From a candidate division WWE3 bacterium RIFOXYC1_FULL_40_10 (GTDB lineage Bacteria > Patescibacteriota > WWE3 > UBA101185 > UBA10185), in contig MEWB01000001.1 of the NCBI GenBank assembly GCA_001773215.1, positions 614,099 through 678,098 of the forward strand: a DNA stretch of 64,000 nt. The letters are read 5' to 3'. The position numbers and the translations under genes were made by a program. The stretch's first letter is position 1, and each line of letters begins with the position of its first letter. The notes beneath the pieces are model-generated. The model did not search any database. It was not told the DNA's origin and was given only the letters and a program-made list of their open reading frames with translations. Positions 30,635 to 41,464 of this stretch are shown one piece after another.

Positions 30635-31069
30635 ATGTTAAACAGATCTTTCTTGCGATTTGTTGAAATGCTGATAGTTTTGGTTTTAGTCGAGTATGTT
30701 AGTACCAACTCCATCGCGTTTGCACTTCAGGACATCTTCCATTCCAAAACAGTTGGTATCGTAATTGCCTTGGCCTTCTGTTCAATGGATGGGATGGAAA
30801 TCGGAATCATCTCAACCCCTAAGATTAACAGGCGGTACATCTGGTTATGGATCGGCCTTTTGGCGATTAGCACAGCTTTTGCGTGGTGGGGAATGTACCT
30901 AGCTGCTAGTCAGGCATACATCCAGAGTGAGTGGCACGGAATCGTGGTGATGGTGCTTCCACTGCTAGTGGCGGTAATAATGTTTTTCGGGCGCTTCGGA
31001 TTGATTTTAGCCTGCGCAGCAGAATTATGGGGGCAAAAAGCTATCGAAAACGTATTTTTGCGACAATAA
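30635..31069 (+). CDS. Hypothetical 4-TM membrane protein
   Basis: AAGGAG SD before ATG 30635; four hydrophobic segments. Confidence 0.7.
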   Translation: MLNRSFLRFVEMLIVLVLVEYVSTNSIAFALQDIFHSKTVGIVIALAFCSMDGMEIGIISTPKINRRYIWLWIGLLAISTAFAWWGMYLAASQAYIQSEWHGIVVMVLPLLVAVIMFFGRFGLILACAAELWGQKAIENVFLRQ

Positions 31070-31080
31070 TGAGGTGAAGC

Positions 31081-31482
31081 ATGGAAACATCGAAAAAGCT
31101 TAAAATCCTGGGCTACTTGGTTGCAGTGAACGGCTATGTAGGACTTGTCTACATTGTCGTTTTGCTGGCCTTCGCAATGACGACTTTCTTCACATGCTCT
31201 TACGTCGTGGGCGTAGATTCAGCACTAGTCTTTTGTATAGTAGATCTGATTGCGGTACTTATACTTCCGCGATTCGGGAAATATGCCCTGACAATGGCAA
31301 CTGTGGTTTGGAGCTTTGTAATATCGATAATCCAGGGAATTGGCCTGGTTAAGATCTTCGAACAAAGCTTCGGGGCTACCGACTCTCTCATGGCCATTAC
31401 ACTTATATTGGCCACCATATTGTTGATTGTAGCTCGAGTTATGATCGTCGTAACTTATGGCAAGAATGGAAACTTACGCTGA
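31081..31482 (+). CDS. Hypothetical 4-TM membrane protein (possible paralog of the upstream gene)
   Basis: GAGGTGA SD; ALVFCIVD aligns with ALAFCSMD of the neighbour. Confidence 0.7.
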   Translation: METSKKLKILGYLVAVNGYVGLVYIVVLLAFAMTTFFTCSYVVGVDSALVFCIVDLIAVLILPRFGKYALTMATVVWSFVISIIQGIGLVKIFEQSFGATDSLMAITLILATILLIVARVMIVVTYGKNGNLR

Positions 31483-31490
31483 TGATTTAC

Positions 31491-31522
31491 AAGACCGGAA
31501 TTTTAAACTCCGGTCTTTTTTT
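31491..31522 (+). terminator. Rho-independent terminator
   Basis: AAGACCGGA...TCCGGTCTT followed by a T-tract. Confidence 0.85.
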
Positions 31523-31535
31523 ATGATTAAAATCG

Positions 31536-31562
31536 AAAAACCCCCGGGGGACGGGGGTTTTT
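31536..31562 (-). terminator. Terminator for the HU gene (bidirectional shape)
   Basis: AAAAACCCCCG...CGGGGGTTTTT. Confidence 0.8.
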
Positions 31563-31592
31563 CTTTTATTAGTATTAACAAACGAAAAGACG

Positions 31593-31865
31593 TTATTTAA
31601 CAGCGTCTTTTAGTCCTTTACCAGACTTGAAAGCAGGTGTCTTGCTTGCAGGAATGTGTAATGGAGCACCGGTTTGTGGGTTTCTTCCCATTCTTGCCGC
31701 TCTTTGTCGAACTTCGAATGTTCCGAATCCTGTCCAGGTAACTTTTTCGCCTCTCTTTAATGCCTCTACTATCACATCAACTACGGCATCAACAGCTCTG
31801 GCGGAGTCTACTTTTGTCATTCCAGCTTTATCTGCTACTTTTGCAATTAAATCTTGCTTAACCAC
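31593..31865 (-). CDS. hup: DNA-binding protein HU
   Basis: [30 protein letters not shown]; GTG start at 31865 after AAGGGGGTG SD gives 90 aa. Confidence 0.95.
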   Translation of the reverse strand: MVKQDLIAKVADKAGMTKVDSARAVDAVVDVIVEALKRGEKVTWTGFGTFEVRQRAARMGRNPQTGAPLHIPASKTPAFKSGKGLKDAVK

Positions 31866-31929
31866 AATTAACACCCCCTTCCAATAAAAATGCCTGGTGG
31901 CAAAATTTCTATTATAAACAACCAAGCTA

Positions 31930-32709
31930 CTAAACTAGCAGCTTGTCCACACGCGAGATCGTCATCTCCCGTGTATCCAATAATACACTTCTAAAAGCTT
32001 TTCTACCAGAATCTTCCCACTCAAACCGTTGATTCTGTGCAGTTAAAAATTGCTTAATGATAATTTCACTCTTTACTCCTATCACCGAATCAATAATTCC
32101 GGTCATACCAACATCAGTGATATACATTGTCCCTTTGGGCATAACCATTTGGTCGCAAGTTGGAACATGGCTGTGAGAGCCGATAATTGCAGTAACTCTT
32201 CCGTCCAGATAATTTGCAATCGCATATTTTTCACTTGTCACATCTGCGTGGAAGTCGAGAATTGAAACGGCAATATTTTCTTTTGCAGTTTCTTCTAATA
32301 TTTTGTCTGCTGTTGTGAATGGATCTTCTACGTAACAATTCAAGCCCCCTGAGGATCTGCCGAGTAAGTTAAAAATAAGCACTTTACCGTTTTTACCGGT
32401 ATCAAGTATTTCATATCTTTTACCTGGAACTCTTTTAGGATAATTCGCCGGAATTACTAGAGGTACATTATCAATAAAATCCTCAGTCCCTTTTTCCCAG
32501 AAAATATGATCTCCACTTGTAAAAAAGTTGATACCACAGGTGATCATTTGTTGGAGTTTTTCTTCGGTAACGCCACGCCCGCCAGATAGGTTTTCTGCGT
32601 TAGATAAAACAAGGTCAGGTTTGTAGTCCGAAATTACCCATGGCAACACTTCTTTTACAGCTTTTCTGCCAGGGCCGGCTACAATTTCGCCTACAAACAA
32701 AATCTTCAT
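31930..32709 (-). CDS. ymdB: YmdB-family metallophosphoesterase
   Basis: [45 protein letters not shown]; follows rny. Confidence 0.93.
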   Translation of the reverse strand: MKILFVGEIVAGPGRKAVKEVLPWVISDYKPDLVLSNAENLSGGRGVTEEKLQQMITCGINFFTSGDHIFWEKGTEDFIDNVPLVIPANYPKRVPGKRYEILDTGKNGKVLIFNLLGRSSGGLNCYVEDPFTTADKILEETAKENIAVSILDFHADVTSEKYAIANYLDGRVTAIIGSHSHVPTCDQMVMPKGTMYITDVGMTGIIDSVIGVKSEIIIKQFLTAQNQRFEWEDSGRKAFRSVLLDTREMTISRVDKLLV

Positions 32710-32776
32710 AACGAATGAAAATTTACCTTAATTTTGTTGTAATAACAAGCTGTGCGCATTGCAATATTTTTCTCGT

Positions 32777-34267
32777 TTATTTTGCGGTCTCTACAACCCT
32801 GGTTTCCCTTATCACAATAACCTTAACTACCCCAGGATACGTTTGTTCCAGTTCGATCTTTTTCGCAATTTCCCTTGCCAGATAAGCCGTCGAGTAGTCA
32901 TCAACCTTTTCGGGAGACACAAAAACCCTCACTTCTCGTCCTGCTGACACGGCAAATACTTTATCGACTCCATCAAATGAAAGGGCGGCTGCTTCCAAAT
33001 CTTTTAGCCTTTTAACATAAGATTCATAGTCTTCGCTTCTTGCACCAGGCCGAGCTCCGCTTACATGGTCTGCCAAGTTTACGATTGCTGATTCCACATG
33101 GCTAAACGGTTTATCTTCATGGTGTTCCGCCACACAATCTATTACTTTTTGTGACATTTTATGCTTTGTTAGCAAATCGACTCCAAGCTGCACATGAGTA
33201 CCTTCATCTTCAGTTACTACCTTTCCGATATCGTGGAATAGGCAGCCTAACCTAACGGCCTCAACATCGGCATTCACTTCTCGAGCAATTGCTACCCCAA
33301 TTCTGGCTTCTTCCAAGGTATGCTCGATCATATTTTGTCCATATGAAAATCTATATTTGAACCTTCCAAGCATTTGTACCAAATCTTTAGCGAGATCATA
33401 TACCCCAAGTTTATGACACAAATCATCCCCGGCTTTAAACATTATTTGATCAATCTCTGACTTTGCTTTGTTAACAACCTCTTCAATTCTAGCCGGCTGA
33501 ATTCTCCCGTCTGCGACTAATCTTTCAAGTGCGAGCCTAGCAACCTCTCTACGAACTGTATCAAAGCACGAAACAATAATTTCTCCCGGAGACGAATCTA
33601 AATCAAGATCAACCCCCGTTAGTTCTTCGAAAGTCCTGATATTTCGTCCTTCCTTTCCAATTATTCTTCCTTTTAGCTCTTCATCAGGAAGTTTCACTTT
33701 TGAAGTTGTGTATTCAACTACTAAATCTGTGGCACCAAATCTCATGGCGCTGACTAAAATTTCCTGAGATAGTTTGCTTTCTTCTTTTTTTATTTCTTCT
33801 TCCATGTGTCGAATCTTTTTGCCTTTTTCTTCGGCCAACTCTTTATCAAGTTGCCTCATAAGCAAATCTCGGGCTTCGTCTTTTGAGAGTGATGCAATTT
33901 TTTCCAGTTCTCCTTTTCTTCTTTTAAGCAGTTCCTCAACCTCTTCGGTTTTTAGGTCGATCTTTTCCTTGGCGGCTTTCACATCTTTAGCTTTTTGTGC
34001 AAGCTCACGCATTTGAGCAGCTAAATCGGCTTTTTGCTCTGCATATTTCTTCTCAAATTCTAAAGCCGTCTCTTTAATTTTTCTGGCTTCATCCTCAGCT
34101 GAGGTGCGTATACTTAAAGACTGATCTTTTGCCTCTATAATTATTTCCTTGGCTCTTGTTCTTGCTTTTTCTACCAACGGTGCACTCTCAACATTCATAT
34201 CTTGAGCGGGTGCTACAACAACAGTTTCTTTAGAAAACAAATTTTTCAATAAATTCCAAAACGACAT
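32777..34267 (-). CDS. rny: Ribonuclease Y
   Basis: Coiled coil, KH motif KGRIIGKEGRNIR, HD motif LFHDIGK, SGARPGAR, AGREVRV. Confidence 0.97.
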   Translation of the reverse strand: MSFWNLLKNLFSKETVVVAPAQDMNVESAPLVEKARTRAKEIIIEAKDQSLSIRTSAEDEARKIKETALEFEKKYAEQKADLAAQMRELAQKAKDVKAAKEKIDLKTEEVEELLKRRKGELEKIASLSKDEARDLLMRQLDKELAEEKGKKIRHMEEEIKKEESKLSQEILVSAMRFGATDLVVEYTTSKVKLPDEELKGRIIGKEGRNIRTFEELTGVDLDLDSSPGEIIVSCFDTVRREVARLALERLVADGRIQPARIEEVVNKAKSEIDQIMFKAGDDLCHKLGVYDLAKDLVQMLGRFKYRFSYGQNMIEHTLEEARIGVAIAREVNADVEAVRLGCLFHDIGKVVTEDEGTHVQLGVDLLTKHKMSQKVIDCVAEHHEDKPFSHVESAIVNLADHVSGARPGARSEDYESYVKRLKDLEAAALSFDGVDKVFAVSAGREVRVFVSPEKVDDYSTAYLAREIAKKIELEQTYPGVVKVIVIRETRVVETAK

Positions 34268-34456
34268 ATAATTCCTCCACTAAAACAACAACTAATAATT
34301 GGTATTGCCATGAAAAAGGATTTCAAAAACCGAGTATACAAACAAAGCGGCACCGTAGGCTTTTATTTAACTCAAAAAAATCCGGTTTATTCAGTGAATT
34401 CATAGCAATTTCAAGTTGATTTTAGTAGATTTAAGGGAAAATAACAAGCTGCAACT

Positions 34457-36118
34457 TTAATTGTTGTACCACCCGCTTGGGTAGCTTGAATAAGAGACTT
34501 CCTCGGAGAAATCCCCCTCCCTGCATCCGTTAACTCCTCTTAGTTTAATCTTTTGCCAGGAGGCTACGTTGGGTAAAAATTCGTGTCCATCATTCTTGGA
34601 TTTAGCTATTTCCCAGGGGTAACTCCCTGTTCCATCATCAATTCGTATTTTCACGTGTTGGGAATCATATTGTGTCCAGGTTAGATACATTCCATTGTCT
34701 TTGGGCTCGAGCTGAATCCAGGTCGTTTCCTCAGGTTCTCTATCTTTGCAGGAAGTGTCTTTGAGAAAGGTAAGTGTGTAAAAAGGTTTCATAAAGATGA
34801 TATGTACAGCACCACGATCAGTACCCCCATTATCATCATACCAAGCTCCAATAACTATGTCGTGAATCCCATCATCATTAAGATCACCGGGGTCAGATAC
34901 TGAAATACCAAAAGCATCAGAATCAGATAAAACGGGGCCGTTCACTGTACTGTCATTTATTTCTGTCGTACTCTTTACAGAACCGTCCCTATTCATAAAG
35001 TGAATGTGTAAAGCTCCTCGATTCGTACCACCATTGTCGTCTCCAGTAGCTCCTACTGCTAAATCCTGTATCTCATCGTTATTCAAATCCCCCAAGGTTA
35101 CTACCGAAGCCCCATATCCATCTAAATCGGAAAGTTGGGGTCCATTCGTTGTACCGTTGTTTATCTCTACTGTGCTTTTTACCGATCCGTCTCTATTCAT
35201 AAAATGAATGTGTACCGTTCCTCTATTGCTGCCACCAGTGTCATCTAGGTTGCCACCTACAGCTACGTCCTGTATCCCATCGTTATTTAGATCCCCTATG
35301 TTTGCAATAGAAAACCCATATGTATCAGTATCAGATAAAACAGGACCGTTCTCGGTGCTATCATTTATTTCTACCGTACTCTTTATAGAACCATCTTTGT
35401 TCATAAAATGTATGTGTACCGCTCCTCTTGAACTACCTCCATTATCATCTCCGCGTGCACCTACTGCTAAGTCCTGTGTTCCATCACTATCCAAATCTCC
35501 TATATTTGATACTGATCTTCCGTAAAAATCATTATCCAAAAGATCCGGACCATTTGCTGTAGTATCATTTATCTCCACTGTGCTTTTTACCGATCCGTCT
35601 CTATTCATAAAATGTATATGTACTGTTCCTCTATCTGTACCACCAGCATCATCATATTGGGCGCCTACAGCTAGGTCCTGTATACCATCGTTATTTAGAT
35701 CCCCTATGTTTGCAATAGAAAAACCGTAAGTATCAGCATCCGATAAAACAGGACCGTTTTCTGTGCTATCATTTATTTCTACCGTACTCTTTATTGAGCC
35801 GTCTTTGTTCATAAAGTGTATGTGTACCGCTCCTCTAGAAGTACCTCCATTGTCATCAAAAGCTGAGCCTGCGGATAAATCCTGTACCCCATCGTTATTT
35901 AAATCTCCTATGTTTGCTACTGCAACCCCGAAATAGTCAGTATTATCAAGTAGTGGCCCGTTTGCCGTTCCATCATTTATCTCCACCGTGGATAAGACTT
36001 CTCCATTGTTATAAAAATGTTTCTTGGTGCTGGCGTAGACGGGATTGGAAAGACTACCTGAACACAGGACACACGCCGTATATGCAGATAAGATAAGAAC
36101 TATGCGATTTTTGGGCAC
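34457..36118 (-). CDS. Secreted FG-GAP/integrin-alpha-like beta-propeller repeat protein
   Basis: Signal peptide, six 68-aa repeats with GDLNNDG.QD Ca-binding motif, C-terminal Fn3-like beta domain. Confidence 0.88.
   Translation of the reverse strand: MPKNRIVLILSAYTACVLCSGSLSNPVYASTKKHFYNNGEVLSTVEINDGTANGPLLDNTDYFGVAVANIGDLNNDGVQDLSAGSAFDDNGGTSRGAVHIHFMNKDGSIKSTVEINDSTENGPVLSDADTYGFSIANIGDLNNDGIQDLAVGAQYDDAGGTDRGTVHIHFMNRDGSVKSTVEINDTTANGPDLLDNDFYGRSVSNIGDLDSDGTQDLAVGARGDDNGGSSRGAVHIHFMNKDGSIKSTVEINDSTENGPVLSDTDTYGFSIANIGDLNNDGIQDVAVGGNLDDTGGSNRGTVHIHFMNRDGSVKSTVEINNGTTNGPQLSDLDGYGASVVTLGDLNNDEIQDLAVGATGDDNGGTNRGALHIHFMNRDGSVKSTTEINDSTVNGPVLSDSDAFGISVSDPGDLNDDGIHDIVIGAWYDDNGGTDRGAVHIIFMKPFYTLTFLKDTSCKDREPEETTWIQLEPKDNGMYLTWTQYDSQHVKIRIDDGTGSYPWEIAKSKNDGHEFLPNVASWQKIKLRGVNGCREGDFSEEVSYSSYPSGWYNN
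34790..35995 (-). repeat. Intragenic 204-bp tandem repeats (x6) with a 408-bp higher-order period
   Basis: Repeats 1 and 3 share MNKDGSIKS...DSTENGPVLSD.DTYGFSIAN; repeats 2 and 4 share GTVHIHFMNRDGSVKS, also at DNA level. Confidence 0.85.
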
Positions 36119-36138
36119 TATAAATATGATATAGAAAC

Positions 36139-36606
36139 TTAATCAGTATTGGAAGTAACTTCTTCGATTAATTCGTACCTATATCCCTTGGATAACAGAT
36201 ACTTTTTTAATAATTCTGGCTTCTTTCGGGTTTTTTGAATAATATTAGCAATACACTCTTTTTCAAAAGTTTCCGGTATTTGTGCGAGCGAAGCATCTAT
36301 CGTATCGCTTTTGAATCTTTTTTTGTACAGAAAGTTTTGAATGGACCGTATACTTCTAGGTTGAGTAGAATTGACAAAGCTTTGAACATACATGTTTACG
36401 CTTTTAACCTCATCAAATGCTTCGTCCTCAGATGTTTTATCACGGATAATTTTCACAACCAAAACTAAATCTTCGTCAGATACCTCTGAAAGGTATGTAG
36501 AACACAAGGTTTTCAGCTTATCAGTTACTTCCCTTTCACTGCGGGGTTTGTAATAGGCATAATCAAGCAGTTTCTGATAGATCTTTCCTGTTAATTCTTC
36601 CAACAT
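36139..36606 (-). CDS. recX: Regulatory protein RecX
   Basis: Directly after recA; PRSEREV.DKL, I.NFLYKKRF, YLLSKGY. Confidence 0.8.
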   Translation of the reverse strand: MLEELTGKIYQKLLDYAYYKPRSEREVTDKLKTLCSTYLSEVSDEDLVLVVKIIRDKTSEDEAFDEVKSVNMYVQSFVNSTQPRSIRSIQNFLYKKRFKSDTIDASLAQIPETFEKECIANIIQKTRKKPELLKKYLLSKGYRYELIEEVTSNTD

Positions 36607-36615
36607 CTCTATAGT

Positions 36616-37740
36616 TTACTCTTCCGCGTTCGCCGATATATTGTCCTCTATTGGGGCGGCATCCTCATCGTCGGCATTGGAACCAATCGACATTGGAAGT
36701 TCAGCTTTTTGCTTCACCATATCCTTAATCTTTTTTTCAATTTCAGGTACTAATTTCGGATTTTCCTTTAGATAGATCTTGGCAGCATCTCTACCCTGAC
36801 CCAGTTTTTGACCCTCGTACTCATACCAAGATCCACTCTTCTTTACAACGCCAAACTCTACTCCAACATCTATCAAACTTCCTTCTTTACTAATACCTTC
36901 CAAGAACATTATGTCAAAGTCGGCGGTTCTAAAAGGTGGGGCAACTTTGTTTTTAACTATCTTGGCCCGCACTTTAATTCCGGAGAAATCATTCCCACTC
37001 TTTATTGATTGTGTTCTTCTAACTTCTATTCTCACTGAGGCATAGTATTTTAGCGCCTTGCCGCCTGCAGTTGTTTCGGGGTTTCCAAACATCACACCAA
37101 TTTTAGTTCTCAACTGGTTCGTAAAAATCACAGAACAATTCGACTTGCTAACAGCTCCCGTGATTCTTCTTAAAGCCTGGCTCATCAACCTTGCTTGCAT
37201 AGCAATAAAGCTATCCCCAATTTCACCTTCCAACTCGGCTCTGGGAACCAAGGCCGCCACGGAGTCAATTGCAATAACATCCACAGCATTAGACCTAATT
37301 AAGGTTTCGGCAATATCTAAAGCTTGTTCACCTGTGTCAGGTTGGGAGATCAAGAGATTATCAACATCAACGCCGGTTTTTTCCGCATATGTAGGATCAA
37401 AGGCGTGCTCTGCATCTATTAGGGCAGCCGTCCCTCCGAGTTTTTGTGCTTCTGCTATGATGTGCTGCACCACTGTGGTCTTACCCGAAGATTCCGGCCC
37501 ATATATCTCAATAATTCTCCCGCGCGGAATTCCGCCTATGCCAAGAGCCAAATCCAAAGCGATCGACCCTGTTGGAATAACCGGTATTGTTCGGTCTCCA
37601 GGTCTTTCACCTAGCTTCATAATTGAGCCTTTTCCAAAACTTTTCTCGATTTGAGAAAGGGCCGTTCTTAAAGCCAGCTCTTTATTCTTTTGCATTGTGT
37701 TGGTGGAATCGTTTGGTTGAACTTGCTGTTTTTGTGTCAT
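36616..37740 (-). CDS. recA: Recombinase A
   Basis: [31 protein letters not shown]. Confidence 0.99.
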   Translation of the reverse strand: MTQKQQVQPNDSTNTMQKNKELALRTALSQIEKSFGKGSIMKLGERPGDRTIPVIPTGSIALDLALGIGGIPRGRIIEIYGPESSGKTTVVQHIIAEAQKLGGTAALIDAEHAFDPTYAEKTGVDVDNLLISQPDTGEQALDIAETLIRSNAVDVIAIDSVAALVPRAELEGEIGDSFIAMQARLMSQALRRITGAVSKSNCSVIFTNQLRTKIGVMFGNPETTAGGKALKYYASVRIEVRRTQSIKSGNDFSGIKVRAKIVKNKVAPPFRTADFDIMFLEGISKEGSLIDVGVEFGVVKKSGSWYEYEGQKLGQGRDAAKIYLKENPKLVPEIEKKIKDMVKQKAELPMSIGSNADDEDAAPIEDNISANAEE

Positions 37741-37807
37741 AGTAAAAATACTATAGCAGGGTAGGGATTTTTAACAAGAGGCATTATTCCATCCACAGTG
37801 GAAAGTC

Positions 37808-39277
37808 CTATATTTTTAATCTCTCTAAGGTTTGATCTTTTCCTAAAAGCGACAATACATCAAACAAAGGAGGTGTTGCAGTTTTTCCGGTTAAAAATAC
37901 CCGCAAGGTCATAAAGGCTTCTTTCGGCTTATAGCCGTATTTTTCTAACAGTTCATGTGAATATTTGTCTAAATATTCGGTATTCCAATCACCCTCGGAA
38001 ACCCTTTCGTATTCTCCGGCAAAGTTAGTAATTATCTCTTTGGCAGTTGCCTCATTCCCGGCATATGAAACTGTCATTGATATATCTACAGAAGGCCTGA
38101 TATAAAAAAACTCTGTTAACTCACTAAACTCCTTTAATACCTTAAGTCTTTCCTTTATCAAGCTGATTACTTTTATATTAAACTCATCATTTTTTGCACT
38201 CGAAAGTAGGGCTACATTATACTTCTGCGCCCACTTTGTAACTTCCTCCCAAAGCTGTGAGTCAGTTAATTGCCTTATGTAAATCCCATTAAGCCACAAA
38301 AGCTTGTCTCTATCGAAAGCTACTAAATCGGTATGTTGAATTTTTTTTGTGTCAAAGTCTTGGACAAACTCTTCAAGTGTATAAATTTCCTTTTCGGTAC
38401 CTGGATTCCACCCTAAGAACATCAGAAAATTCACTAGAGCCGGTACTAGATATCCCTCTTCTAAGAACTCCCTGGCAGACACAGGCCCAAACCTTTTAGA
38501 CAGTTTTTTATTGGCCCCTTTTTCTTTGATATTAGGAAGGTGTGCAGTTATAGGCATCTTCCAGCCAAAAGCACGGTACAACAACACATGCTTTGGTGTC
38601 GAGGGCACCCAATCGGTACCACGCATAATGTGTGTAACACCCATTAGGTGATCATCAACTACAACAGCTAAATGGTATGTGGGATAGCCGTCTGATTTAA
38701 GTAAAACTTGATCGTCAATATCAGAAGAATTAAACGTGATATCACCAAGTATCTCGTCATGAAAAGATATTTCCTCGTTTTCAGGAACTTTCAAACGGAT
38801 TACATAAGGTGTGTTACTTGCTAATTTCTGTTCTATCTCGGTTTGCGACAGTTTCAGGCAGGCGCGATCATATCTGGTTGCCGAAACTCCCTGCTTTTGT
38901 TGAACTTCCCGTAGTTCGGCTAATCTTTCCGAAGTGCAAAAACAGTAATAGGCATGTTTTTTTTCTACCAGCTCTAAGGCGTACTTCTTATATAAATTCA
39001 ATCTTTCAGACTGAACGTAAGGACCAAACTTTCCTTCAGCTTCCGGCCCCTCATCCCATGAAAAGCCGTAATCTCTAATCACGTCGAGGATTTTTTCAGT
39101 AGCATCAGGCACAAACCTGGTCCTATCGGTATCTTCGATTCGAACAATAAACTTTCCACCATGCTTTCTTGCATAAGCTATGTTATAGAGCAGTGTTCTT
39201 ATATGACCTATATGATATTCTCCGGTCGGGCTCGGAGCCATTCGGGTTCTTACCCCCTTGAAAGTTGTTTCTTCCAT
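37808..39277 (-). CDS. gltX: Glutamyl-tRNA synthetase
   Basis: RMAPSPTG.YHIGH, RIEDTD, PTYHLAVVVDD, KLSKR. Confidence 0.97.
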   Translation of the reverse strand: MEETTFKGVRTRMAPSPTGEYHIGHIRTLLYNIAYARKHGGKFIVRIEDTDRTRFVPDATEKILDVIRDYGFSWDEGPEAEGKFGPYVQSERLNLYKKYALELVEKKHAYYCFCTSERLAELREVQQKQGVSATRYDRACLKLSQTEIEQKLASNTPYVIRLKVPENEEISFHDEILGDITFNSSDIDDQVLLKSDGYPTYHLAVVVDDHLMGVTHIMRGTDWVPSTPKHVLLYRAFGWKMPITAHLPNIKEKGANKKLSKRFGPVSAREFLEEGYLVPALVNFLMFLGWNPGTEKEIYTLEEFVQDFDTKKIQHTDLVAFDRDKLLWLNGIYIRQLTDSQLWEEVTKWAQKYNVALLSSAKNDEFNIKVISLIKERLKVLKEFSELTEFFYIRPSVDISMTVSYAGNEATAKEIITNFAGEYERVSEGDWNTEYLDKYSHELLEKYGYKPKEAFMTLRVFLTGKTATPPLFDVLSLLGKDQTLERLKI

Positions 39278-39298
39278 GGGAGCATTCTAGCATATATA

Positions 39299-40438
39299 AT
39301 GAATGGGATGAATCTAACTAAAACTTCTGCGGCTTTCAAAAAAGGCCTAAAGGTAGCAGGGATCATTGTTCTGGTCTACTACATAACAACTTTATATATT
39401 TATCCATTCGCCAAGAGCATATATCGAAGAATTATTGTTAAGGTCGATCCTCCAAACGCATTGTTCGGCCAACTAGACCAGCTGGAATTTACTTCGAAAC
39501 CTATTAAAGCTGAAAACGTCACATATGTGCTTAACACAAAAAATGGCAGATTACCTGAGGACATGCCTTTTAAAATGAAGGTATACAAATTTGAGCAGGG
39601 AAGCGTATCCTTCACAGCCGGCGGCGAGGCCCTTGATACAGCAGCTTTTATGGGGTTTTCTGATTCTGATTTAATTTCTGATCTAAAAGGATCTACCTAC
39701 AAGTGGAGAAGCCTTTCTTCAGGAGGACTACTCGAAATTAATAAAGACACCAGAACGATAGAGCTAAGTACTGATCTAACCGGCCCCGGCCAAGAATACT
39801 TTAGAGGCTATTTCGCTCCCGAGGCGGCACAAGAAAGCGCGAGAGCTCTTTTTAAATCAATCAAAAGATTTGATTCCTTATATGAAAGCGGAAAGCAGGA
39901 GGTAGTAATGGGAAAGTTTAACGGCAGCACTATAGCCAATGTAGACAAAGGAAGCGGCCAAATAGCGCGTGTCGATTTTTTTCGGTTTGTAAAAGAAGGC
40001 AATTTAACATATATGATACTTGGACCTGATCCCTCAAAAGGACTTTTGCATACCTACGTGCGAAAAGTGTCAAAAGAGCCTTCTCCATTCAATTACCCAA
40101 TTGTGCAAGGTTATTTTAAAGAGGTGAATACCGATTCCAAAGCGTTTTACCCTGTTATTGAGGTGGCCAGCGCATGGAAAGCCGTTAAGCAGGGAAGCGG
40201 CATTATCGCCCAGGTTTCACCCAAAGCCAACAACCCATTTGAAGAGTACGAACCTGTGGCTATAAATACCATACTAATTAACAACATAAAACTAGCTTAT
40301 TATGAATCCCCCCAAAACTTACGATACTTACAGCCCATATTTGTATTCGAAGGAAATTACAGAGTAACCGGAGGCCAGGGTGGAGATATCGTAATCTACT
40401 TTCCTGCAGTATCAGGAGAATACGTCAAGAAAAACTAA
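39299..40438 (+). CDS. Membrane-anchored hypothetical protein
   Basis: Long ORF with N-terminal TM (GIIVLVYYITTLYIYPF) and C-terminal LAYYE...YLQPIFVFEG; the upstream part of the track ORF overlaps gltX. Confidence 0.75.
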   Translation: MNGMNLTKTSAAFKKGLKVAGIIVLVYYITTLYIYPFAKSIYRRIIVKVDPPNALFGQLDQLEFTSKPIKAENVTYVLNTKNGRLPEDMPFKMKVYKFEQGSVSFTAGGEALDTAAFMGFSDSDLISDLKGSTYKWRSLSSGGLLEINKDTRTIELSTDLTGPGQEYFRGYFAPEAAQESARALFKSIKRFDSLYESGKQEVVMGKFNGSTIANVDKGSGQIARVDFFRFVKEGNLTYMILGPDPSKGLLHTYVRKVSKEPSPFNYPIVQGYFKEVNTDSKAFYPVIEVASAWKAVKQGSGIIAQVSPKANNPFEEYEPVAINTILINNIKLAYYESPQNLRYLQPIFVFEGNYRVTGGQGGDIVIYFPAVSGEYVKKN

Positions 40439-41463
40439 TTGAGCTTCCAAGAATACTTTTCATTTACCCAATCCAGTAGCTTGTATGTGTCCCCAAACCT
40501 ATCACTACTGGCCATAACGACGATTACCAAATCTTTCTCCAAGTCGGCGTACTCATAAAGTAAAACCTCTCCTGCACCCTCCGTTGTCCCCGTTTTAATT
40601 CCCAGTGTTCCCTCAACCTCCCATAGAGCTTTATTTGTATTCTGAACCTTGGTTCTAAATTCCTTGTTTACTGATGTCAAAGTGTACTCCTGTGTCCTGA
40701 TGGCTTTTCTAATAAACGGATCCTTAATTGCTGCTTTGGCTAACAAATACAAATCTTCCGCAGTTGATACATGCTCCCCATTATCTCCATCCAGTCCTAT
40801 TGGATTCGAAAAATTTGTACTTTTCATACCAAGGGCACTGGCCTTATCATTCATTTTTCTGAGAAATAACTCGTATTCAACTTTGTTTCTTGCCAATACA
40901 CAAGCAGCATCCCCTGCGGAGCCAACTAACATTGCATTTATTAAGTCCCTAGCATAATAGCTCATACCCTCCCACAGAAAAACCTTGGTGCTCTCAACCG
41001 AAGAACATTCGGGAACCATCTTCACAGTTTCATCCAGATCATAAACATCTAAGGCTACTATAGCCGTCATAAGTTTTGTAGTAGAAGCCGGTGGTAAAAT
41101 TACCCCTGAATTTTTCGAGTACAAAATTTTGTCATTTCTTCTATCAGCTACAATTGCCGACAAAGAGGTAACGTAAGGAGCCGGCAGGTCCTCTGCTATC
41201 TTAGGAAATTCAGAAATTCTCGGAGATGAACTAATAGTTTGTGATGCAGGATATAGTGAATACACGAATCCATTACTCAAGTAAGAAATATCTGAAAAAA
41301 AGGCCACAGAAAAGTAAATGAGAAATAACCCTAAGGTTGCCGGTAGAAATCTTGCTGTCTTAACAAGGAATCTTTCAACACAATAGAAAACAAAATCTAT
41401 CCCAATAAGTGTCAGGGCCATAAGCCTTATTATGATCAGTCCCATACTCGATATTGAAAGCAT
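40435..41463 (-). CDS. D-alanyl-D-alanine carboxypeptidase (peptidase S11)
   Basis: PASTTKLMT (SxxK), SAG at the SxN position, NPIGLD, KTGTT. Confidence 0.9.
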   Translation of the reverse strand: MLSISSMGLIIIRLMALTLIGIDFVFYCVERFLVKTARFLPATLGLFLIYFSVAFFSDISYLSNGFVYSLYPASQTISSSPRISEFPKIAEDLPAPYVTSLSAIVADRRNDKILYSKNSGVILPPASTTKLMTAIVALDVYDLDETVKMVPECSSVESTKVFLWEGMSYYARDLINAMLVGSAGDAACVLARNKVEYELFLRKMNDKASALGMKSTNFSNPIGLDGDNGEHVSTAEDLYLLAKAAIKDPFIRKAIRTQEYTLTSVNKEFRTKVQNTNKALWEVEGTLGIKTGTTEGAGEVLLYEYADLEKDLVIVVMASSDRFGDTYKLLDWVNEKYSWKLN

Positions 41464-41464
41464 A

